Source: Balanoglossus misakiensis
Taxonomy: Eukaryota > Animalia > Hemichordata
Direction of reading: 5' to 3'
DNA: 64,000 nt
NCBI GenBank assembly: GCA_040954595.2
Contig: CM082577.2
Span: 6,845,846-6,909,845 of the forward strand
Part shown: piece by piece, positions 22,572 through 37,200 of the stretch
Numbering within the stretch: position 1 is the stretch's first letter
Layout: each line of letters begins with the position of its first letter
Notes under the pieces: generated by a model
What the model was told of the DNA's origin: nothing
Seen by the model: only the letters and a program-made list of their open reading frames with translations
Database searches by the model: none
Made by a program: the position numbers and the translations under genes

Positions 22572-25500
22572 AAAACATCGCGTATTCAAAGGAAGAAATA
22601 TAATAACAGAATCAGTGTCAGCGAGTTCATGCGCATACCCGTCGTTTGTCTCCGTAGATCTTCCTTGTTTTATGTTTATTTCAGTTGACAACCAAGTTTG
22701 AACTCACTGCTGTGGGCGCTGGGGATGCGGAAGTAAGTTATGCAAGTACATTATTTCAAGTCAATACTTGAATTTTTTTCACAGAATCACATCAGATATG
22801 ATCTCAGATCTTCTGAGGGAATGCTGATAGCTTCACTCTGGGTAGGTGTTTTTGCTTTCACTTTTCAGGGAGTTCTGATAACTTTTGGCCCAGTTATTTA
22901 GGATTGTATGAAGTATCGTGCACTTCCTGGTGTACGAAAGGACCGATAGACTGGCATTGACAATGATCTGTTTATACATAATTCGTGTGAGAACCAGAGA
23001 TTGGTGAAACTGTCGGTTTTATGCTATGTGTTATTGCGACTACTGCATACTTGTTCAAATTGCGTTAAAGAAAGACTTGTCTCATACCCTCATGCCCACA
23101 TACACACACATGGATCCGGTTTCAGTTCCGTCTTCAGTATTACTTTGTTTATACAATTTTGACCACAGCAAAAGTATAACCACGAAAAGACTGACGTGCT
23201 TTTCTCGTAATTTGGCGCTGGTTGTAGCATGGATGTGCAAGTTCATAGTACAGCCATGGTTGACCAGTGCAATCAGTGCCACGCCCCCCTCTCCTGAGCT
23301 GCTGTTGGACATTCCCAAGAACCTTGCTCTGCATAAGTCACCATTAGATGTAAAACATATGGAGAAACTCATTCATTACACCACGGTCATTCCACTTGTG
23401 ATTACACACATTCTTGTTCTGTATGGGGGAAAGAGCTGTACAGTATGTACCACTCAGTGGGTGGGGTCCACTTTTTTTTTTACACAAGATTTACCTAGAA
23501 GTGTGAAATAATTTGGAGTTCTGGTTTAGCTGTGGGTTGTCCTGGACTGTGTTTTTCTTTACTTGAGGTACATGGTATGCAGTACTGTAGTGACAACAAT
23601 TACAGAGATGAGGTTTTATCGTTGGGGATTCTATCAGAGTGTCTGCACAACTCAGTGCACAACCCCGCCCCGAAATTCATCGACGTTAAACATGTCCCCA
23701 AGCATCGCTGTAATTTAAACCACTATTTATTCAATACCTAAACAAACAGCTTGAGAGTTTCCAGACATTGCCTTTTCACTTAAAATCGGCCCCTTTACAC
23801 ATTTCAAAGTTGTAAACAGAGCCACACTGATGAAACCCTATCTGACTGTTCAACTTGTTGCATATATTGCTCTACTGCTTTTTCAACTGATTTTTGCATA
23901 TGTTATACTCTTTTGGAAAATGAGACGAAAAGGGTGTTCTACATGTTTGACATTTGGCAATTTATTTATAACAGAACAAGCACTGTCAGAGAGTGCTGCA
24001 AAGTACGTTATTATTACATTTCAAGGAAACATGTTTAAAAATAAGACTGAGGATAACTGTATTTACATTAATAAAGGGCGAGGGTGGCAGAATCACTGTT
24101 ACTGCAAGAGGGGACAACCCCCCCCCCCCCCCCCCAAGGTGATGCTATCCTGGATGAAACACTGAATAGTTCACCAAAAGACACCTAAATAACAGAAATT
24201 ATTTCGAAAGTGGGCTACATTTGCCCTTCAAGGTTAATTGAACTGTTGAACTCTGTCCTTTGAACACTTACTAAAACCTCTCACATGTAACACTCGAATC
24301 TAACATCAATCGATTAAATACAGAATGCGAAGCACCATTGTACTTGCACCTGTAATTAACTTAACAGGTCCCGTGGGCTACAGAGGTGTGTAAATAGTCT
24401 TACATTTTGCAACGATCCAAAGGCCAAAGGCAAAATCCCTGATAGACATCATTAGTCTCGTTGATTCTAAAGCAATTTCAAACAAACCGGAACAGAACAG
24501 CCAGTTAAATTGTTCTCAGTGCCTGTGGGCGGTGGAAGGTTGATAAAATTAAATCAAGTTTTTTTTGCGGTTTGCCCTCTGTAATAGGTGAGATAGTACG
24601 TAAACTAACATCCGGGAGGTGGGGGATTCTCATACATATATTCTAGATTTCAGAGTGCCTAGAGAGGAATGAGGTACTTTGTTGAAGCGTAGAGATTGCA
24701 GACAATGTTGTACTTTTAGCAGACGAATTTCAGTAACTAATAAAATTAGCATGTCATTTGGATCAGCATGATATCAAAGACTTTGAGAAGTCGAGTTCTA
24801 ATTATCTTGGTTGTGAGTTCAATTAAATTTATAATTGATTATTAGACAGGTGATATTCATTTAAGGCGGGTTTTTTTGGTGCGGGGATGGTCTGATTGCC
24901 ATTAATTAATTGTACTTTTTAATGAGGCAACTAATTTGCCAGCAATTTGTTTGGACAGTAATAGCAGGAAATTGATACATTTGAAAATTGAATTTATTGC
25001 CAACTGCATGTAAAAATTGAGTGGGCTTTTACTACTGATCTGTCCAACAAACTCTTTAAGAAATCACTTGAGAAAAAAAGTTCATGTTTGTCTTTTCGTT
25101 GTGAGTTTGGACAATTCATTTGAGATTTTGAAGTTTTCTTGTTGGTTCATTAAAGCCCCAATTAAAATGAACCAATCTAAGTTTGAAAATAAAATATCGT
25201 GATTTCATTTGAAAGTGCTGAAATAGGTGAGGATCCAGTTGTTTTATGATTCAGTGTTAAACCACCTTATTTGTATGGGCCTATCATGAATATAGCAATC
25301 ATAAAAAAATTGTGACTGTTCTCTTTAGAGCTATATCCTATTACCGCGCTAGCGATAAATTCCGGTGTCCTTTACAACCGTAGAAACACATTTATTGCTG
25401 GTTCAAGCAAATACTGTTTCAGAGACTTGCTAGTCTGGCAGAGGAGGAGAATAAAGTCGCTCACTTCCCAAGACCTTTTTTTTCACACCGAGATTGCCTT

Positions 25501-28500
25501 GTAGGAATAGATGGTCATATACTATTCACTGATGTGATCGGACTTCGACAGAGTCGCTGAAAATCAAAAACCCACTCTCAATTGGAAATGCCGGAATCTT
25601 GCTTAATTGACACACAGCTCCATGGAAGGCTCAGCAATTATTATGTGTTCTGATGTTTCGTCCGGAATGGAGTCAAACTGGAAGTGACAGGTAAATTGCC
25701 CTTAATGTGTTGGTGGAAATTGCCTCGTAGATAGCAAATTCACTGTGAGCAAGCACTTTCCCAGGGATATAGTCAAAAGAATGTCAATGGAGTGGGTTTT
25801 GTGTTAATTTGTATATTTCGCCTCAGAACGTGTGGGGGCTTGGATGATACGTGTATTTGTTGATTTGTGGTAACAGATTATGTGAGACACATCACAGTGG
25901 CCATATTGAAAGGAGGATATTCTGTTAAAGTTTCATACCCTGAGGTAACTAAATCTTTATTGTCATTTTGCCACTGTGTTGTGCTCACGTATAGGTTGGC
26001 CCAAAATTGGCTTGACTTTATGCAAAACAAAGACATAATTTATAGTTTGGATTTGATCTTGATGGGCTAGTGAAATTCAATCCTCAAAATGATAACTTCA
26101 AGGTTAATAGAGATATAAATTTTGCAGGAACTTAATTAAAACTGCCAGAAATATAAATGAAGGGAACTGGTCACATATCAGACCTGTCTGTCAACTATTA
26201 TTCTATAAATGGTCTTCGGTTACACGTTTGTGGCCACTGCTTGCTATAAGACAGGGACATCACCAAGTCTGTCAGAACTGGTCATCCAGAAGTTCAAGTT
26301 TTCTTTGAGAATTTTGTGACTCACATCGAGATAGCCTTAAGGTAACAGCTTCTGTTTACATCCTTCGTAAGTTTATTTGAGTGGTTATAGGGTTGTGGGG
26401 TATCTGAATATTTTGTTTTATAGTTTTATATACATGTTAACACATCAGGGCTATTTAGATGAAGCTCTACGTGATGTGTGTGTACTGAATCTGAAAGAGC
26501 GAGTGTGTTTGCTCAAATGATACGTGTCGTCAAGTGATGATGGGCATCACTCTCCAGCAATAAATCGTCTGTTTCTGAAAAAAAAGTTTTCTGCCTTTTT
26601 ATGCAAAAGACAATCAAACACAAATCCCAACCACAGTTGATTTAGCCCCTCGCATAAAAGCAGCAACTATTTCAATATTTGAGCGTGGAGAAATCTGACG
26701 AGCCCTGGAGGTTTACTTGCTTGTACTCGTGCTTGAAAGCGTACCATTAGTGATCCTCGAGGGCGCCTGCGAGCAGAAATGGCGGGAAACATACCTTCGA
26801 TAATAACTGCCTGCAGTGCCCGGAACACCACAGCGACAGTGAAATGTTGAGCCGACTACGAAGATGTACCAATAATTACATCAATGAAAATAACTGCGAT
26901 GCCGACCGAAGTAGCCTTTTAAGTGGCATTTAAAGACAAACTTCGATCATAGATGTCAATTTTACAAATACCAGCTTATCAATATTGATGAGTGATTGTG
27001 AAAACGCCTCTGGGCACTTCGTGTACAGTTTTTTTTTCAAAATCATGAAAAGTCAATAACATGAAGGAATTTCTCTTAAACTTTGAAAAATATGTATTGA
27101 GCCCTATACAGAATGTAATTTGTGGCTTGGAGGGTTTGAAAACGTCGTGGCCAACCTTAGTGTGTTGCTATTGGGAAAAGGGAACTTGTTTTGAGTGGCC
27201 AATACAAAAAAGGAGTTTAGACTTTGCTGCTTGGCACAATATTGCAAACACCAATCTTTACGAGTTGACATAATCATTGATTACAAAAAGAGAATATGAC
27301 TGGAAAGATTTAGTAAAAGTGCAGGAATGTGTTGTATGTTTAAAGATATCCCTTTGCTCCGAAATTCTTTTATGAAAATGGCACTAAAAAGGAGATGGCA
27401 AGAAAAGAAATGGCAGTTTTCTGGATATATGAGAACAATATTGTGTGTGATCATTAGGTGTGTTGCACTGTTTTATTATTTCACTGTATTGTAAGTCCCT
27501 GTAAAAACTGCTACCTCTGGTTAGTATGGTCTGTTGTTGGTAGTGGAGGTATATGGCGCCCTCTGTAGTTGGATTCTCTCATTCAACTATGGTAAAAAAG
27601 TGGATTGGACTTGATCCAGCTGACTATTTTTTTTCAATCTTCCTTATATTAAGTATACTGCAGAAATAATGTATCAGTTAGTTAACTGTTAATACAAAGA
27701 AGCAGGTCAAAATTTTGAGAAAATCTTCGGTCTAATCATCACTGACATCCAATCATGTGAAGACCATCTTTGAAAATGGTTAATAATGGATCTTGTTAGA
27801 AGGTCTTCTCTTAGGAAATTAGCTTGAAATAATGACGGCTGGCATTGCCCGCAGCAGAGCCCTTTATTGGTGCAATTTTTCAATTTTGACTAAAGATGGG
27901 TATAGGTGAAGGTAAAATCAGTGGGTGACATGCATCTGGGACCATTAAACTCTGAGTTGCCGACAGTCAACGTTGGAAGATGATTTCCGAAACGTGGGCG
28001 GTATAGTCAGCCCATGGTCGTCACTGATGTATAAGTCTGTGTTGGGAATACCTTGTTATTCTCCCAGAGAGGTTTTTTTGGTGTGGATCGTATGACTGTG
28101 AAATAACAATGATAGATGGACTTGCAACACAAGTGATATTTATATGCTTCTTTGGGATCTGACCTGATCTTGTTGATTTGGGGATAAAAATATATATTTG
28201 GAACACTTTCAGTACAACCGATGATGGGAATAAAAAGTGGATAAAAGCTTCAAGAGTGCTCGGAATCTATGCAGTAAAAAAGCTGATGAATGAGATTTTC
28301 CTGCTTGAACATCTGAGACAATTATATTAACTCTCCATAATATGTCGGATCATGGCAGGTGGTCCTGATATTCAGTTCATTATCTTGAGCGCACGAATGT
28401 CTGAATTTCGCTCGATTGGCTCACTGAGCCAGAATGACAGTGATAAAACAAAAGGGCCTCCCACTCCAATCATTCTTCATGTGTACTGAATGGTTTTTTT

Positions 28501-28830
28501 TTCCTGAACTCATGGTAATAAGGTCAAAATTGATTGGTTCTGATGACCTGACCTACTACCCTAATTGTTTGCTTGCCAGCCCTAATTTGAGAGGTGAATA
28601 AATGCTGAATTAAAAAAATATTGTAATTTACGTATTAAAGAATTTGCAATGAAATAAGCCCCCAAAGTCATGTGAGATCACAGACTCATATTTTTAACTA
28701 GCTGATCATAGTTAAATTAATGTTTTAGATGCCAGGAAGAAAAAAAAAGTGAAACAATGAAAAGATTAATTTTCCCCCAACTATACTTACACCATATTGA
28801 AAAGCATTTTATTTGAAACTTGAATTATTT

Positions 28831-28864
28831 TTTGCTTTGCTTTGCTTTGCTTTGCTTTGCTTTG
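28831..28864. repeat. (TTTGC)n microsatellite
   Basis: Directly visible, about 6-7 units. Confidence 0.95.
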
Positions 28865-28987
28865 CCCAATTTTATTGATGTAGGTAAGAGCCATTAGCTG
28901 CTAAAAACCTCAGTGTAATGTTGACACAATGAGGAAAAATTAGAGTGGATTTCTTCAAGGATGCACCATTATTGATGTTATTTCCAA

Positions 28988-29037
28988 ACGACGAAATCTG
29001 TACCTTTCATGTACGACGAAATCTGTACCTTTCATGT
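28988..29037. repeat. Perfect 25-bp tandem duplication
   Basis: acgacgaaatctgtacctttcatgt occurs twice. Confidence 0.95.
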
Positions 29038-32000
29038 GATACAAAAGTTCACAAGACAATGACGTTCAAAGAAAAAAAAATGTACAAAAACAACTTTAGG
29101 ACACTCTGAGGTGTCAATCGATAGAGGAATTTTTAAAAGCCACACAAAAATTTTCCCCGGGAAAAAATCAATAGACGCACAGAGGCAGACAGTCTGAGAA
29201 AAGTCAGCAGGCTATCAAATGTGTGTAAAGCACAATTCTTAATCTTGACTATAGTGGGTATATGATAAATTAACATTACAAGATCTAGAACATATCCGCT
29301 CTGTGTGTATGCCACTGTTTTCTCAATTCATTCTTTCAGCGATATCAGTCATTGTCTCCATGGTAACAGTCCAGTGAGCAATAGTCAAGAATCCATAGGA
29401 GAGAGTTGAATGTTGTGGGAACTGCTCTGAGATGCGCGGAATTCTATGTCATCGCAGGAAATGCCTCTGGCCCTGTGTGTATGCACAGCATAATGGAAAT
29501 ACGATTATTCAATTAAAAAGAAATCATACTGCATTCTTCATTTCATATCCACAGATGGAGAAAGCAGTAACAATTGAACTCAGGACAGTTGAAGTGTGTA
29601 GAATAAAGATGGCCATGGATTGGCTTCTGTGATTTTATGTGCATTGATTTTTTGGTCTGATTGACTTAAACCTAAATTCAACACGGAATATTCAATGACT
29701 TTTGAAAATACTTCTAGTGATCGACACAATGCAGCATGTTCATTTTTTTAAAATGTTCATTTGTACTTTATTTTATTGATGAAACTTGATGTGGGTGTGT
29801 GATGAAAAGAATGTTCCAAAGTCATACCAAAAACACACCTGAGTTTTGTCAAGATTTATAGCTTCGTTACATTAAAATCAGAAAAAAAGCTGATGTGTTG
29901 TAAAGTTTTAACTTAAAGAAAGCCTCAGAACGTTTGTTGAGCGATATACTTTATACAGGGTGAATAAAAAAAATCAAGTCTGATATTGCTTGTGAAAACC
30001 GCAGAATAGAACATCCTTTTAGCTATGGAACTTTCATGAACAGGAAACGTGTAATGTGTAAAGTAGATTGCAGATCAATTCTAGTGATTTAGTTAGTGTT
30101 ATTTGAATATGTTCCTTCTTTCTGAAGAGAAGTGGGCTGATCACGCAACGTACCTGCTGTCCATTACATAGTTTGAAAACCCCCTATTTGAAATGAGCTT
30201 GTGTGTCGTGTGCCATAGACATTTGTATGGGGAACATAAGAAACCGGTAATGCAGTGTGTAATAGGCAATCATGCTTTGAGTGTTAGCAAAGAAAGGTCT
30301 ATTCCATTGGTTTCTGTTTGTGTCTGTTATGGTTTCTGCTTGTTAGTAATTCCAATCACTTCTTTGAATAGAAAAAGTCACCCAAACTTTGTTGGAAATC
30401 TTGTTTGCGGCATTGATTTTTTCTTTTATAGTCTAACATCTGTGTAGTGCAAAAGCTGATACAGCTCACAACTCACATCATTGCACAATATAAATTTCCT
30501 TGATTTTGTAGAGTTCCATGTACATGTACATGATGGGTGACCAAAAATGATGTGTTTCCTCATAGCAAAACCGCCAAAAAACCCCAGCAAAATCAAGATA
30601 CAGCGATAAAACTTGAGTGATTGAGTGATAAAATTAAAATATCAAATTGCATTGAAAAATTAAAAAAAAACAACTAAAAAATCAAAATGTCGTATTTGTA
30701 TCTTTTGATGATCAGTTGTAATATCAGTTTGAGCGTACATCCGTGGTGTTATTGTCTGGTATTAGTGGTTGATATGATAGTGCATTTTGTAATAGATATT
30801 GTGTAATGGATATTTTGGACATTTCAGTGGCAGGGTCTTAGAATCTGAATAAATGAAACCCGATTCAGATTACCATTAATAGACAGTCATACAGTGTCTC
30901 TCATTATCGACCACGATAACATCTTTTATAATACAGGAGATTCTATCACGGACGCTCTGATTTGTTAATATCCCCTCTTACTTGCAATATTAAAAGCCAA
31001 TCTGGAGTTCCATTTGTGGTTAATGTGATATTAGTTTGTTTTTGTCATACTTATTAGGATTGGTTATTGGTATGCATCAATTTTAATTGGAAATGTTGGT
31101 ACAGGTATTAATTTCTCAATACTAGTATCTTTATCCTGAAAGCTGAAACCAGCTTTGAAGTTGCTATGGTAACCGTGTCTCTCGTATGTCGACCATTACC
31201 TACTTTCTGCAGGTGCTTTCATTCTATGGTGATCAGACTGTACGGCATCGGTAAACGTTTACTTTAATACCAGCTTGAATACAGCCCCTGGTTTGCAGTT
31301 AAATTTAATCAAAAATTCAATCATAGAAAAAAGGTGTTGTTTCTTTTATTCTGCAAGATGATAACAACTTATGTATGGTTGCATGCGTTTGTGTTTCAAA
31401 CAGCCATGACACAAAATGCTATGACCGATTTCATTCTAACCTGGTGCAGCGACGATGCATTAGGAAGCATGTTGCAGTGTGATTCTAATATGTCGCCAAT
31501 TGTTTTGTGATATGCTTCAGTACCAGGGTCATGCTTAATAAAAGAAACATTTTTGTTGCCATTTTACAGACATGCTCTGAAATCATTCCACTATAATTTC
31601 CTCCAATGGTTTCTTAAGCCATTTATTAACCCAGCGGGGACTATGTCATCAACAGTGACTTGTTTCCCATGATTCCTGGGTACTATTCAGTTGGGTCGCA
31701 AATAAAGGATTTAGTCACGGTTACTAGTAACCGTGATTTAGTGTATAAGAAGACTAAATTGTGCCTTGTGTGCACAGTCGTATTGTACTTTGATTTGAGT
31801 TAGCCCCTGGCAAAACCAGTGTTTAAAAGTCACGAAATACGGTTTACAGTTACAGGCAGACATGCTGAATGTCGTATAGAATTACACTCGGGATTTACAT
31901 CAGTGTAATCTGCCTGACACGTTTTGAGAAATCTTCAATCTTTCATATAATAAGGACAATATGTCCACTTGTTCGTGTACTGTTTTAAAAATGTCCCACG

Positions 32001-32599
32001 TATATTCAAACCTGCACATTCTGCTTAAAATTAATAAAAACCTCCTGCGAATGCCAGTCAGGAACCTTCCTTGCTTACTTCAGAAATTCTGAAAATAAAT
32101 AAAAATAAAATCATTAAAAACTACACATTTAGCTTTGACTAGTTTTCAATTAGACAAAGCCAAAAAAGTTTTCTCATACGCAATTGTCAGTGAAAAAAAT
32201 CACATTGTAGTTACAAATTGCAGCCGTACCTTTTCGAAAAACGATTTCATTTCCACTTTCAACGCAAGCATTCACTCTGCTCTGCTCTGCTCTGCTACCC
32301 CTAAAAGAAATGGAATAGTCCAGTTAGATTTGCTCATCGATATCTTTCTCACTCAGATCCTGTGTTAAAAGGTAATGAGTATTTATCTTGTAGCATTGGG
32401 GCACTAATTATGTGTGTTTTAGATCTCTTCAATGCAAACTCGGGTCTGGACCCCCAAATGCCTTTCTTGTGTCAACAACCTTTCTTCACTTATTGTCGTC
32501 TGCCCGCATCGTTACGGAATCGATCTTCCAATCGCGGCCATCTCAGCAGGTCTTATGTAAAGCTCGAAGAAGCCAGCCTTGTTCACGGCTTACTGGGTT

Positions 32600-33193
32600 T
32601 CTGATTGGTTAAGTAACCCCCATCCTTCATTTACTAATTAGCATATCAGACACCTTATGCAAATTAAGAGACTCTCATTGGACCAACCGTTGCTCTGCGT
32701 CTTGTACGAATCGACGGGGTCCGCCCACTTGACACTTACTCGGTTCTTGGTTGTACCTTAATTTCTACCATCTACGTGATTATTGAGTGGACTGGCTGGT
32801 GAATAATGATTTATTACAAAAGCGAGAGACAGTGCCTCTATTCCTCCCGGGGGAGATTGTGTGCTCTATAAATATGAGGAACCTTTGAAAAAATCCAGAG
32901 CTTTGCCTCAAAGTCCGACCACTTCTCTTGAATTGACAATCTGGAGTATCAGCCCTGACTCTTCACACTTAACTGACTTCTCATATCGTGCCAACCACCA
33001 CACTGCAGTTTCTGTTCGCTTTTATAGACAATACCGCACCATTTCATCCGTTTTCTTCAAAAAAGTGAAAAATTACAAAACAGGTACAGTGCAACCTACA
33101 TTTTTTTTTCATAACTGTTAACTGCATGTATTTTCCTTTCTCTACAGCCTGGAGGAGTTTTATTGGTAATTTCAATTCTGTGAACACGTGAGT
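32600..33193 (+). promoter_or_regulatory. Candidate core promoter with short non-coding exons (alternative FOXRED2 TSS or independent transcript)
   Basis: ATTGG boxes at 32604 and 32676, octamer ATGCAAAT at 32657, GC box CCGCCC at 32721, TATAAAT at 32867. Downstream are a donor AG/GTACAG at ~33084, an acceptor ctttctctacag at 33147 and a donor GTGAGT at 33188. Confidence 0.45.
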
Positions 33194-34100
33194 ACGTATG
33201 CACCTGTGTCAATTACTGAATTAGCCGTCAAATTTTTTGATTGTGAAGTTTATTTCGTGAGAGATATGAGTGTGCAAGGCTGTGCAAACTTGTATTTAGG
33301 ATCTCTAAATCGTATTTTATTGATTATTGGTATTAGCATCGATCTCTCTGCAAATTTACAGTCAAAATTTCGGCTACTTAGGCGCCGAATACCGATAATA
33401 ATGGAACAACATAAAAGTCTTTCTTTACACACTAATGAATGTGTCAGGCAGTGCAGTTGCAATACTGGGTTTCTTCGCGTTAGCATGTTTAAATTTTAAT
33501 TGTGAGTTACAGTTTGGCAGCACATAGTGAGTGTGGAAAACGGCTTTATGTTGGGTTTTTTATACGAGTGGAATAACCTAAGCTAAAATGTCTCTTGCAT
33601 CATGTGACACGCGTTCATAAATTGCGATTGTTCAACGGCAGCTGCGTCGGCTGCTCCAACGTCCTATAGGCAGCAACTTTACACCGTAAAGTAGAAACAA
33701 TTTAATCCCACGTGTGCGTGGCGCGTAGATCAGGTGCGAGCAGGCAGTGTGTGTTATTCGTTTCCCCCAATTCCCACATCACCACGAAAGGTTCGCGCAA
33801 GACGCCGCAGATCACATGAGAGTTCATCTTGCAGTGACTTAAGTTTAGCGGCGCAGGTGCCAAAGTATATTTTTTATTTAGTTGCTCAGAATCCGTACAG
33901 ATAATATTCCAGTGGAAAAGTCGAGTGTTCATGAATAAATAGTATATACCCGTATGCAGTCACTGCAGGAGTTTGTAACTCATGCAGTGTCTGTTATATG
34001 CATAGGGGTAGAATCTTGGTAGTTGTAATTCTGTTCTTTCTTTCTGTCATAAATTCTTAGAAATCTAAAGATTTCGTTTACTTATACATAGCTGTTCTAC

Positions 34101-34222
34101 CAATCTGATTGAAACCATATGTAGAGAACGGCGACGTCTTTTACTTACGTCTGAGGCTGAGAAAACCGTACCGCATAAGTAAAAGACGTCGCCGTTCCCT
34201 ACATCTGATTTCAATCAGATTG
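34101..34222. mobile_element. 122-bp hairpin MITE with an 8-9 bp target-site duplication (hAT- or MULE-like)
   Basis: Inverted arms of ~47 bp (caatctgattgaaa...ttactta / taagtaa...tttcaatcagattg). Flanks are ctgttctac (34092-34100) and atgttctac (34223-34231). Confidence 0.8.
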
Positions 34223-37200
34223 ATGTTCTACTAAATGCAGCGGAAGATAACCAAATTTATCTGCTGTACATCAGCTGCTTAATGTTCATTGAGATGGATC
34301 ATTGGACAGATAAGGTACATCCAAGTAATTATTCTGAGCTACGTTTGGTTTTAAATTAGTCTCCGGAGCTTCTTTTGTAATTGGGAGGTTCCTTAAACTC
34401 TTCCGTCACTGCCAGTGGCATGACACTCTGATCGGTATTGCGGTTTTGGGAACAGAGGAAGTGAAATGCACCGTGTAATCGCTCTTAATAGAATTCAACC
34501 AGGAAAGGAAAAATAATCACCAAGTAAAAGGGCAACCTGTCGATAATCACTATGGTAATTTCGCAGAAACCCTTATGATGTCACTAGATAATTTCACCAG
34601 AGAAAATATAAATGTCAGATTTGCTTATAATTTTCAGTTGTCATCTTTCAAATCATGTCAAAGTTATTAGGATATAAGATAAAGCATGATGATGGCTTAC
34701 AAAAAAAATCAAATCTTTCAGCGAGGTGGCTATGACTTTGTTTCTCGGTTTTGCGAACATGACGATCTACTTGAATTTTACGGTCATGAAGTGGGATTGT
34801 GTGATTACCAGATTTAACAGCGGGTTGGCAAGAGAAAGAATTAGACCGGAAAAACGTGTGATCAAAAAAGGTGGAAATTTCTCAGTACATTAGGTGTACT
34901 GTGGAGAAGATATTTTGCGGAAAGATTTTTTTTTCCGCAGGAGATTTGAGATACGATACATGTATGATGCTATCAATCAGTGTCTGCTGATAATGCATGC
35001 AATGAGTGGACTAAAGTCGAGTAATGTGTTCGTACTATATTGGTAATAAACTTGGTTATAATCTGTATTTTTCCCCCTCTAATCGATCATACATATAATA
35101 TACCATAGATATGTGTCAGATATCAGAAAAAAATTAGACCAAATTACTGAATAACTGTCACAACCTATGATGATAAATTAAGTGAACTTCTGTGAAGTTT
35201 GAGAGACCATTATATTGATTTCTCATGTGTGTAAATGTTTAAAAAGTGCCAGGCTATAGGGCACACCTGGTCAGTTTAACGCCATTTGTTCCGATATCAA
35301 GTTGCGGCATTTATTGGCAGCACATTGATCTGCTTTTGTTGAAAACACAGATTTTTCGAGCGTTTCTCCTATCCGGTTGGAAACACGTGAGAAGTGGAAA
35401 TTTATAGTGACTGCGTTCGATCTTTAGAAGACACCTGCTTTTCTGAGATGTGTGAGACACTGTATTTTATAAGTGTGCAATAGTTAAGAAAAGTGGAAAC
35501 TGGTGCCTCGTATAAACAGATAGGCCTCTAAATGAATTTTCTTTTTGGTTTCATCAATCATACACTGAGATTTGTCGCAGAATTAGTGCCAGTAATTTGC
35601 AAATTAGAAAACTGCACTGTGACGACATAGTGAGTTGTATTTTATGTCACTTAAGATTATAAACAGTTCTGTCTATAAAAAGAACCTTGCCCTTTGAAGG
35701 AAGCTTTCTTTGAGAACGACATGCCATCAATATTTTTGATAATGCTATGATGCTACGTGCCATGTACAAGAAAAAGGATTTAATATTTTGCTTCAATTAT
35801 GTATGAGTGCCAGTTTTACGGAAGGAAATAAACCACAAAGCGTTTGTCGGTCTGAAATCAGATTTCCCCTTCAGATGAAAAATTAATGCATTGTCTTTGT
35901 GAGTTGTGAGGAAGTCGTATTAATTCATAAATTCTGTTTAATCCACATCAAACCATACACATGTATAAGTTATGATTGTCCAAAGACATGGGTTTATAGT
36001 GTGGTGTAAAGTGATACAAGGATTATGGCAAGTATGAACCTGCATGCCGCTTTTGTTCAGCATCGGAGAAGTCTGATCCCTGAGTGCACTAAATTTCTGA
36101 CCGGCATGTAAGATACACACCACTTCTGTGCCTTACTTTTGTATGTAATCAATCAAAACATATAAAGTTGCATCCTTTGTACGGGTAATCTTGTAAGAAA
36201 TCTCTTCTGTTAACTAGGATAGTTCATTTGGATTATTGTTAAGTCCTGTAAGGTATTCTAATAATCTTCCTACCGGTAGTTCATGTCAGATCATCTTGTG
36301 TATAACCTTTTTTATTTAGTTTTGAGGAGATGGAGATGACTGAGCATGGTTAACCTATAAGCTTGATAATGTGTGGTTAAACCTTCGATGCAAAGTTTCG
36401 AATCTGGGGCAAGAACTCGATAAATTTGATTTTGGAGGCAATTATTCTGATTGTCGTACGTCTGTTTGTGTGCTGCCATTAAACATGTGAGTCAAGTGGG
36501 AGCCTATGAATCGGATTAAATGAGATGCTCAAAAGTCATCGATAAGGAATGAATTTTGTGAGGAGTTTGATAATTTGCGGGCAAATTTTCTTTAGCGACA
36601 TATTCTTCTAAAGCACTCGTAAATTGTGCTGCTCCGCGCATCCCAAAGCAACAGTTATTCCTGTCATTGAGATTCTGCAGCGTCGCCGTGAAGAGAATTC
36701 TGCGAAAGCTGTTCAAGTGTCGGTGTCACATTTGAAGAGTCAACTGGGAACAATTAGAGATCAGGAGAAAAAAAATGGGACTCGTAGTGGTCGCACTCCG
36801 GTTTTTCAACGTGACACCTTTCGCTGTTTCCTTTTAATGGCGCGTATAAGGCCTGATTAGGAAAGGCGCGGCGTGGAGCGCAGTTGGGATGTTAAGTGCT
36901 TTACCCTTGTCGGTAATTGGAAAGCCGGCGTGGGACACGAAAGCACTCCACGTGTGTGTACACTATACTCTGATTTCATTCATGTAAGCGCGATTTTTTT
37001 TCTTCCTGTGTGACACTGTTAAAAAGATGCGACTCTTATGATACATTGGAAAGTGCATGGGGCTTGCTTCTAGTGGTTAGTGTCAATTAAAATGATGCGG
37101 AGTACAGTACATACAGAAATTTTAGTTTTTAATCGCACGCTTTTGTGGAACCACATAATGGATGTGTTCCTTTTATTTGCCACTGTTAAAATTAACCGTC

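Noticed and set aside
35972-35993. Partial resemblance to miR-219 and miR-71 (and to miR-216 at ~47185)
   Set aside because: Only 11-12 nt match and no convincing precursor hairpin.
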